DNA from: Candidatus Poseidoniaceae archaeon
GTDB lineage: Archaea > Thermoplasmatota > Poseidoniia > Poseidoniales > Poseidoniaceae
Assembly: GCA_028822845.1 (NCBI GenBank)
Contig: JAPKCS010000001.1
Location: 159,964-223,963 of the forward strand
DNA length: 64,000 bases
Reading direction: 5' to 3'
The notes under the pieces are model-generated. The model was not told the DNA's origin, made no database searches, and saw nothing but the letters and a program-made list of their open reading frames with translations. The number at the start of each line of letters is the position of its first letter. The stretch's first letter is position 1. Below, piece by piece: positions 57,572-64,000 of this stretch. Both the position numbers and the translations under genes were made by a program.

Positions 57572-58846
57572 ATGACCGGATGGGATGTGACAGATTTGTC
57601 CGGCCCAGACGGCGAGGATTGGCGCGTCCCAACGAGCGAACTCGATGCGCGACAGCAAGAATTAGCGCGTCTCTTGGCAAAAGCAGGCCTCCCAGGTGCC
57701 CTCGTACAACATCCAGTCGATCTGTACTATTACGCGGGTGGGCGTCAGAATGCTTCGATGTTTATTCCGGCCCAACATGCTGGAGGCAGCATTGAAGCAG
57801 GCGGAAACGGGCCGGTCCTGTTTGTTCGTCGTTCATTGAAACGCGCACAGCATGAGGGTGGCGGTAGCGATTGCCCCCACGAAGTCATCCCCTTCCCGAG
57901 CATGAGTTTGCTCGCCGAACACCTTGCTGAGCGAGGCGTCGAAGCAGCACCATGCTTGCAGTTCGGCGAGGTCCCAAAGACCTACTCTGATCGCTTTGTC
58001 AACGCCCTCGCCCCCTTGGGTGCTTGCATGGACGCAACCCAAGTGATCCACGCTCAGCGCGAAGTAAAATCAGCCTGGGAACAGAAACAAATGGATTCTG
58101 CGGCTGATGTCCAACTTCGGATGTTCGAGGCCGTGCAGGCTGTTGGAGGCGAAGGTGTAACCGAATTAGAGTTGGTTGCAGCAGCAGAGGCAGTGAGCCG
58201 TTCCGAAGGCTTTGGCGGCCATGTCCAAATGCGCCGCTACCCGCTTCAATGCGACCGAGGTGTCATTGTGGCAGGACGCGCAGGAGGCATTCCTTCCTTT
58301 TTCGATTCAGCCGTTGGCGGCACGGGAGCCCATCCTCTCAATGGCATGGGTTCCGGTTTTACCCGCATCAAAAGCAACGAACCGGTGCTTGTCGATTTGG
58401 TCCATGCTCACCGAGGCTACATCGTGGACATGACCCGTATGTTCGTGGCAGGTTCCCTCGATGAATCTTGGATTTCCCGCCTTGAGGATATGGTTGCTGT
58501 CAAGGACACAGTGGTCGACGTTCTCGACCGAGGTGGTCTATGCAGCGAAGCATGGGATGAGGGCATAATGTTGGCAGAGGAACTCGGCCACACCTCTCAT
58601 TTGATGGGCATGGCGCCCGACCAAAGCCGCTTCCTCGGTCATTCAGTTGGCCTTCAACTCGATGAATCACCTGTGGTTGCCGCAGGCTTTGACCGACCTC
58701 TTCCGATCGGCGCTACGATGGCCATTGAGCCAAAAGTCGTGCACGCTGAAGGTAGCATCGGTACCGAAGACACATGGATTCGAGATGAAGAAGGAATGCG
58801 TCCCATCACTGCTGGTGGACTGTGGCCTTCGATAACGGAGTGGTAA
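57572..58846 (+). CDS. Xaa-Pro peptidase family (M24)
   Basis: Metal ligands LVD....GY.VDMTR, GHSVG, AIEPK and GTEDT; creatinase-like N-domain. Confidence 0.88.
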   Translation: MTGWDVTDLSGPDGEDWRVPTSELDARQQELARLLAKAGLPGALVQHPVDLYYYAGGRQNASMFIPAQHAGGSIEAGGNGPVLFVRRSLKRAQHEGGGSDCPHEVIPFPSMSLLAEHLAERGVEAAPCLQFGEVPKTYSDRFVNALAPLGACMDATQVIHAQREVKSAWEQKQMDSAADVQLRMFEAVQAVGGEGVTELELVAAAEAVSRSEGFGGHVQMRRYPLQCDRGVIVAGRAGGIPSFFDSAVGGTGAHPLNGMGSGFTRIKSNEPVLVDLVHAHRGYIVDMTRMFVAGSLDESWISRLEDMVAVKDTVVDVLDRGGLCSEAWDEGIMLAEELGHTSHLMGMAPDQSRFLGHSVGLQLDESPVVAAGFDRPLPIGATMAIEPKVVHAEGSIGTEDTWIRDEEGMRPITAGGLWPSITEW

Positions 58847-58848
58847 AG

Positions 58849-59115
58849 ATGGCTGAACAAGAACAAACCGATGACGAAATATGCGAGAAACTTGAAGGCT
58901 GGATCCATGAAGATGTTGGAAAGCGAATTCCAATGCGTACCACGCCCAATGGTACGTATTACAACGAGCCAATCGTCGCCGTCTTCTGCCAATTCTGCGG
59001 TTCTGAATTTGTCGGACCAAGCCGAGAAGCAGGGGGATTCCTTGGCGGCCATGAGTGCCTCCATGCATGGGAAATCTCCCAAGCCATGAGCCGTGAAGAT
59101 GGCCTCACGGAATGA
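58849..59115 (+). CDS. Small putative C2H2 zinc-binding protein
   Basis: CQFC-x17-HECLH; starts 2 nt after the peptidase stop, with a GGAGTGG SD. Confidence 0.65.
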   Translation: MAEQEQTDDEICEKLEGWIHEDVGKRIPMRTTPNGTYYNEPIVAVFCQFCGSEFVGPSREAGGFLGGHECLHAWEISQAMSREDGLTE

Positions 59116-59171
59116 GTTCTCCATCAAGAGCGACCATAGTGTTCAAGATGCGCCCTCGCTGAGTGTGGGGC

Positions 59172-59960
59172 ATGGCCAAGCCTTACTCCCCCAGTCACAT
59201 CGGTGCAGTTGCCTCGAATTTCACTGAAATGCGATTGGCAGGCGCAGTCAAGGAGCGAATGGTTGAACTCCTTTGCCAAGAGATTGAGCGACTTGTCCCA
59301 GACATGGAGCAAGCCACCCTTGCCCAGGATGAAGAGAGAAAAACCCTCGACGATCCCCATCGAACACGGCTAAATTACAACCGTACTCGAGAATTGATGA
59401 TCGATCAACTGAGCGCTGTTGAATCGGTTGGGTCCGCAGCGGTTCAAGCCGGAATCGAACACATCGAACGTCACCTTGCAGCCCTGCTCAAGCACGCAGA
59501 GGCGGCTGCAGAAAAAGATCGAGTTGCAACCATCAAACCCCGCCATCTAGAAATCGCCATTCAGGGCATGGGCTTGGAAGACGATGGTGAGCCCGGCGCG
59601 GTGCCAGAAGTCGTTCAGACAGAAGACTTCGTGGTCAGTCAAGGCGGCGGCGTTCTCACCGAATCTTCGTTGCTTTCCCTCGCTCGTACCCATGCCAAAA
59701 TGCCAGTCACCCGTGAAGCAGTCGAAGAGTTGCTGGAAACCTACTACATGGTCATTGAACAACTCGAATCCGATATTCGAAAGCATGCTCAACTGGGCGG
59801 GAATCCCGTTCAGTTCATCGAGTCAATTGGGCGAATGAAAACCCTCATGTCGCTGGGTTGGATGCGTGCTATGCTCACCAAGGCCGCAGAAACAGCAAGG
59901 GAGCGCGGCTACAAGCGCATCGACATTGAACAGATTGTACACATCGATCCGTTCGAATGA
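59172..59960 (+). CDS. Multi-histone-fold protein
   Basis: Three units ending in histone L2-like motifs RKTL, VATIKPRHL and YKRIDIEQI; TTCAA box at -30. Confidence 0.7.
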   Translation: MAKPYSPSHIGAVASNFTEMRLAGAVKERMVELLCQEIERLVPDMEQATLAQDEERKTLDDPHRTRLNYNRTRELMIDQLSAVESVGSAAVQAGIEHIERHLAALLKHAEAAAEKDRVATIKPRHLEIAIQGMGLEDDGEPGAVPEVVQTEDFVVSQGGGVLTESSLLSLARTHAKMPVTREAVEELLETYYMVIEQLESDIRKHAQLGGNPVQFIESIGRMKTLMSLGWMRAMLTKAAETARERGYKRIDIEQIVHIDPFE

Positions 59961-60026
59961 GAATGTGATGAACTGCCGCCACCGTGTTCTTATACCTCGG
60001 CCCGTTGGACGGATTGAGGAAATAAC

Positions 60027-60554
60027 ATGGATAACATGATTGGAAAACCAGCACCTGCTTGGAACGCTCGAACTTACATCAGCGGCGAAAGCGTGAACAT
60101 CAGCAACGAGGACATGAAGGGCAAATGGTACTTGATGTACTGGTACCCATTCGACTTTACATTCATCTGCCCAACCGAGATTGTTGGATTTGAACACTTG
60201 AAGGAAGATTTCCAAGACGATGGCATCACCGTGATTGGCTGCTCAACCGACTCTTGGCACTCCCACAACGCATGGTTCAAGGATGAAACCATCTTCCCTG
60301 GCGGCGTAAACCACAACGTGATTGCAGACTGCACACAAGAGATCACCAAGGACTTCGGCATGCGCAACGATGCTCTCGGCTGCTCATACCGAGGCACCGT
60401 CCTCGTCGATGACGAAGGCAAGGTCCAGATGTGGTCCATCAACAACATGGATGCAGGCCGTTCCCCAGCAGAAGTGCTCCGAACCGCTCAAGCAACCATG
60501 GCTGGCGGCCTTTGTGGCGCTAACTGGAAGAAAGGCGACGAGTACATCGCTTGA
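60027..60554 (+). CDS. ahpC: 2-Cys peroxiredoxin (AhpC/Prx1)
   Basis: YPFDFTFICPTE, GCSTDS..SH.AW, GRS..EVLR and LCGANW. Confidence 0.92.
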   Translation: MDNMIGKPAPAWNARTYISGESVNISNEDMKGKWYLMYWYPFDFTFICPTEIVGFEHLKEDFQDDGITVIGCSTDSWHSHNAWFKDETIFPGGVNHNVIADCTQEITKDFGMRNDALGCSYRGTVLVDDEGKVQMWSINNMDAGRSPAEVLRTAQATMAGGLCGANWKKGDEYIA

Positions 60555-60589
60555 TTCTGCCTTTGAACCAACACCATGGAGGTTTCAAT

Positions 60590-60928
60590 ATGCCGGAACT
60601 TGAAGTGCTCGAACGAGGAACGTGGGAAGCATGCCTTTCAGCGCCCATCGCCGTTCTCATGCTTGGAAAGAACAACTGTGCAGCTTGCGCTACTTGGACT
60701 GAAGACCTCACCGCTTACCTCGAGGGCGACGATGCTCCTGAGAATGTGAAGTTCGGTAAATTATTGCTGGACACGCCCGGGCTTGGCCGATTCAAAATCG
60801 CTCAACCATGGGTTGCAGAAGTTGACGTGCTCCCCTATAACGCAATTTTTGTCAACGGAGAACGGGTCAAAGAATGGGCTGGCGGAAACATTGATCGCTT
60901 GGTGAACCGATTGAATCGGTACCTGTGA
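60590..60928 (+). CDS. Thioredoxin-fold protein
   Basis: CAAC motif and V..LP...IFVNGE.V; GGAGGT SD. Confidence 0.8.
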   Translation: MPELEVLERGTWEACLSAPIAVLMLGKNNCAACATWTEDLTAYLEGDDAPENVKFGKLLLDTPGLGRFKIAQPWVAEVDVLPYNAIFVNGERVKEWAGGNIDRLVNRLNRYL

Positions 60929-60931
60929 TTC

Positions 60932-61798
60932 ATGCTTTCATCCTCCGTGCTTTTTTCAGCATTGTTTGCGGGCCTTGTCGCTACATGTGTCACCTTAGCG
61001 ATCGAACGCTGGGGCGGTCTTGTTGGTGGCGTTCTTGGAACCGTCCCCTCTACCATCGTACCTGCTGCTGCTGGGATGTACCTTGCTGGCAATGAGATCG
61101 CAATGATCGAGAGCATGTCAATCGTACCTTTGGGGATGCTAGTGAACGGTCTTTTCCTTTCGGTGTGGGTGGTTCTTCCAAGCCGATTATCCTCGAAGCA
61201 TCCATTGTTGATCACCACGCTTTGTTCCCTTTTGGTCTGGGCGATTGCGGGTTTTATCCTGCTGACTTCAATTGACAGAATTTTACAGAGCGGTGTGTCT
61301 TCTTTTACCATCAGTATTTTTGGTCTTTTCAGCGTCATAACGCTTGCAATCTTGTTCAATTTAGAACCACGTGAAGCCCCCAAAGGCAGTCAAAGCGTTC
61401 GGTGGCAAGTCCTCATTGGGCGTGGCGCAGCGGCAGCTGTGGCCATTGGATGTGCTGTGTGGCTGTCAGGGCAAGGGCTTCCCTTGCTGGCAGGTCTTGC
61501 AGCCGTGTTCCCTGCAATCTTCTTGACCAGCATGGTTGCACTGTGGTTGGCTCAAGGTCAAACAGTTCCACAAGGAGCAGTTGGTCCGATGATGCTCGGC
61601 GGTGTCAGTGTCGCAGTCTATGCGGTGGTCATCATGTGGTCGATACCGGCCTATGGGGCAGTCGGCGGCTCAATTTTGGCTTGGGTGATCGCAGTTGGAG
61701 GCTGGTCGTTCCCAACCTTCCTCGTTCTACGAAGAAGGGACATTAGCCATTCACTTCGCGTGTCCAACGCTCAGCAGCAGGAACCCCTTCAACAGTGA
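60932..61798 (+). CDS. Hypothetical multi-pass membrane protein with internal duplication
   Basis: About 8 hydrophobic helices; GGVLGTVP and AGLAAVFP occur in the two halves. Confidence 0.75.
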   Translation: MLSSSVLFSALFAGLVATCVTLAIERWGGLVGGVLGTVPSTIVPAAAGMYLAGNEIAMIESMSIVPLGMLVNGLFLSVWVVLPSRLSSKHPLLITTLCSLLVWAIAGFILLTSIDRILQSGVSSFTISIFGLFSVITLAILFNLEPREAPKGSQSVRWQVLIGRGAAAAVAIGCAVWLSGQGLPLLAGLAAVFPAIFLTSMVALWLAQGQTVPQGAVGPMMLGGVSVAVYAVVIMWSIPAYGAVGGSILAWVIAVGGWSFPTFLVLRRRDISHSLRVSNAQQQEPLQQ

Positions 61799-62042
61799 TG
61801 TTGACTTCTGTCACGCCCCTGATGCCTGAAGATTTTTTGTGCAATGCACGCAGGTCCAGCAAGCAGCATGGACAATGCGGGCGGGCAGGTACGATGATCA
61901 TCGACAACCGTCCTTGTTGGTCAATGTCAATGCTACGCATTGCCTGTGTTGCCGTGTAAGCTTGATCGCTGTGAGGGTCCTTCCAAGCGTTCAACAACCG
62001 CACCACTTTCCTGGAAAGGGCTTGGTGCTGTCGAGGTTTCAT
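61743..62042 (-). CDS. DUF59/FeS-assembly-P-like small protein
   Basis: L....DP, PARPHCPCC, GV.EV.I and a terminal W resemble DUF59 (DPE..T..GCP). The 3' end overlaps the convergent gene by 56 nt. Confidence 0.55.
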   Translation of the reverse strand: MKPRQHQALSRKVVRLLNAWKDPHSDQAYTATQAMRSIDIDQQGRLSMIIVPARPHCPCCLLDLRALHKKSSGIRGVTEVNITVEGVPAAERWTREVNG

Positions 62043-62062
62043 GCGATGACCGTCCTTCCTAT

Positions 62063-62299
62063 TCAGTCCTGGTTTTCAGCCTCTTGGGTCTGAAGTTCCT
62101 GTTCGAGGTCTTCCAATCGAAGTTCATTCAGCCGTCCCTCGGCTGCAACGAGTTCTGCTTGGCATGTTTTCAACAATGCTGCGCCTTCTTCGTAGAGTTT
62201 GAGTGTTTCATCCAGGCCCAAACCGCCGCGCTCGAGCGTCGCCACAATGGCTTCCAATCGTTGTGCTGCTTCGTTGTAGGTTGGTTGCTTTTCAGTCAT
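62063..62299 (-). CDS. xseB: Exodeoxyribonuclease VII small subunit
   Basis: Y.EA..RLE.IV..LE.G.L.LDE.L..YEEG..L...C...L..AE.R. Confidence 0.93.
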   Translation of the reverse strand: MTEKQPTYNEAAQRLEAIVATLERGGLGLDETLKLYEEGAALLKTCQAELVAAEGRLNELRLEDLEQELQTQEAENQD

Positions 62300-62302
62300 G
62301 TT

Positions 62303-63559
62303 TCATTCCTCTGTGGTGTGGATCTCAGTGACTGCAGCTTCTGCAGCACCGTCGACAAATTGCAGGTTAAACCGTTGGCCAACCGTCAACATGCTGGCGT
62401 TGGTGATGACTTCGCCATCAGCTGTTTGGGTCATGGCATAGCCTCGTTCGAGCACCCGTTGCGGATGAATCGAATGCAACGATGCCTCCAAGCCAGCAAT
62501 GCGGGTTCGCTCATGAGCAAACCTCGCTTCAGTGGCTCTGTTGAGTTTCGATTGCAGGGCGAGCATCGAACGCTTCCCACCATTGATTCCAGCAAGCGGG
62601 GCCACCTTCAATCGAGCGTGGAGAGCGACCAGTTGCTGACGAGCGTCGCCGAACGTGCGGAGTGTGGCGTGGTTTAACCGCTCATCAGTTTCGTCCAACC
62701 ATTGCTCGAGTTCGGCGCGTATTGGAACGCTCCGTTCGATGGCGTTTGATGGTGTTGAAGCCCTGATGTCAGCAACAAGGTCCGAGACCAATAAATCAGA
62801 TTCATGACCGACTGCTGAAACAACAGGAACCGGGCTGGCGAGGATGGCACGAACAACGGGTTCGAGGTTGAACGCCCACAAATCTTCGGGGGAACCGCCA
62901 CCACGCCCAACGATGACCAAGTCCACGGGAGGTTCTCCGCGCAGCGCGGCGACGCTGGGGTTGGCCAAACGCCGGGTTAGTGCAAGGGCTCGGACGATTT
63001 CTTCTGCAGCACGATCGCCTTGCACGAGCACGCCAATGACCGTTCGCCTTAGTCCGGGCCAGCGGTTGTCGATCAAGCGTTGCATATCGGCTAGGGCTGC
63101 AGATCCTTCACCTGTGACAATCGCAATGTGCTTTGGTGCAAAGGGTGGTTGATGGCGCACTCGGTCGAGTTCACCTTCGTTGCGCAAGCGCTCAACCAAG
63201 TGCCTTCTCGCCTCTTCCATGGCTCCAAGGGCGTTGATCGGTTCGATGCGTTCGACGATGAGTTGGATGTTGCCTCGTTTGACATACAGATCGAGGTTCG
63301 CCGTCACGACAACTTCACTGCCTTCCTTGATCGATGGGTGGATGGAGCAGCGACCTTTCCAAATCACCGCACTGATTTGCCCTTCATCGTCCCTGAGGGT
63401 GAAGTAGGTGTGGCCAGAAGCGTAAGGCTTCCACTGAGACACTTCGCCTTTGATGGCTTGGCGTTGAAACATCGGTTCATGCGAAAGCGTTCGCTTGACC
63501 ATCGAGACAAATTGACCAACGGCGAGCGGGCCGGTCGTCACGTCACCTCGCCCCGTCAT
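62303..63559 (-). CDS. xseA: Exodeoxyribonuclease VII large subunit
   Basis: GEVS..SGH.YFTL.D OB fold, AALAD, VQG, GRGGGS.EDLWAFN, SAVGHE.D, RASTPS and VLERGYA. Confidence 0.95.
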   Translation of the reverse strand: MTGRGDVTTGPLAVGQFVSMVKRTLSHEPMFQRQAIKGEVSQWKPYASGHTYFTLRDDEGQISAVIWKGRCSIHPSIKEGSEVVVTANLDLYVKRGNIQLIVERIEPINALGAMEEARRHLVERLRNEGELDRVRHQPPFAPKHIAIVTGEGSAALADMQRLIDNRWPGLRRTVIGVLVQGDRAAEEIVRALALTRRLANPSVAALRGEPPVDLVIVGRGGGSPEDLWAFNLEPVVRAILASPVPVVSAVGHESDLLVSDLVADIRASTPSNAIERSVPIRAELEQWLDETDERLNHATLRTFGDARQQLVALHARLKVAPLAGINGGKRSMLALQSKLNRATEARFAHERTRIAGLEASLHSIHPQRVLERGYAMTQTADGEVITNASMLTVGQRFNLQFVDGAAEAAVTEIHTTEE

Positions 63560-63599
63560 GAATCGAAAGGGGCGTCAACGGTTCTTGAACCATCTGCGC

Positions 63600-63998
63600 T
63601 CATTTTTCGAAGGTTTTGAGCCAGCCTCGACGCCAAAAGAAGGTCAACATCAAGCAAGCGAAAGCAACCATGATCGTAATGATGCCCCAAAACCCACCGA
63701 CCAATTCGAGCGGCAAGTCGTCGTTGTTCATTCCAAAGATTCCTGCGATGAGGGTCAACGGAAGCATGATCGCACCAATGATGGTTAGCGTGGTCATGAC
63801 TTCGGTGAGTTGGGCATTGGATTCAGCAAGTTGCAAGCTGATGTTGGAGAGGTAACTGTCCCGGGCAGAAGTCGCACCTGAGGCGTAGTTGTTGGCTCGC
63901 TTCACAAGCGCCAGTGAAAGTTGGTTGAGGTCAGAGAAATAGCGCATGACGCCTTCGCTGATGAGTCGCTCATTGGGCTTTAGCAAGCGCATGGTGAC
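63600..63998 (-). CDS. corA: CorA family Mg2+/Co2+ transporter (5'-partial)
   Basis: LT.I..I.LPLTLIAGIFGMN signature, second TM and RRGWL; frame runs off the window end. Confidence 0.88.
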   Translation of the reverse strand, partial: VTMRLLKPNERLISEGVMRYFSDLNQLSLALVKRANNYASGATSARDSYLSNISLQLAESNAQLTEVMTTLTIIGAIMLPLTLIAGIFGMNNDDLPLELVGGFWGIITIMVAFACLMLTFFWRRGWLKTFEK

Positions 63999-64000
63999 GG

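Overview
Gene-dense, single-copy chromosomal segment of an archaeon. RadA, RaSEA, archaeal YchF, AK6-type kinase, a histone-fold protein and an A1-U72 initiator tRNA establish the domain. The admixture of bacterial-type genes (AddAB-like helicase-nuclease, XseAB, MaeB, RlmH, PabB/A/C) and giant membrane-anchored surface proteins best fits Marine Group II Euryarchaeota (Ca. Poseidoniales); that taxon is an inference, not a search result. I see about 55 CDS and two tRNAs (iMet-CAT, Thr-CGT), and no rRNA, CRISPR array, transposase, integrase or prophage. Highlights: (1) a cbb3/CcoN-like heme-copper oxidase scaffold that has lost five of six His ligands and gained an EF-hand pair; (2) a protein with three apparent histone folds beside a C2H2 zinc-finger gene; (3) a ~1130-aa helical protein ending in an intact PIN nuclease; (4) a recurrent TT(C/G)A(A/T) promoter box about 29 nt before many leaderless starts, sometimes shared by divergent genes; (5) two genes lacking a canonical in-frame start, both preceded by ATGAGGG; (6) nested inverted repeats with a 27-codon ORF upstream of DUF2203-pduO. 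All family calls come from motif recognition by eye; no database search was run.
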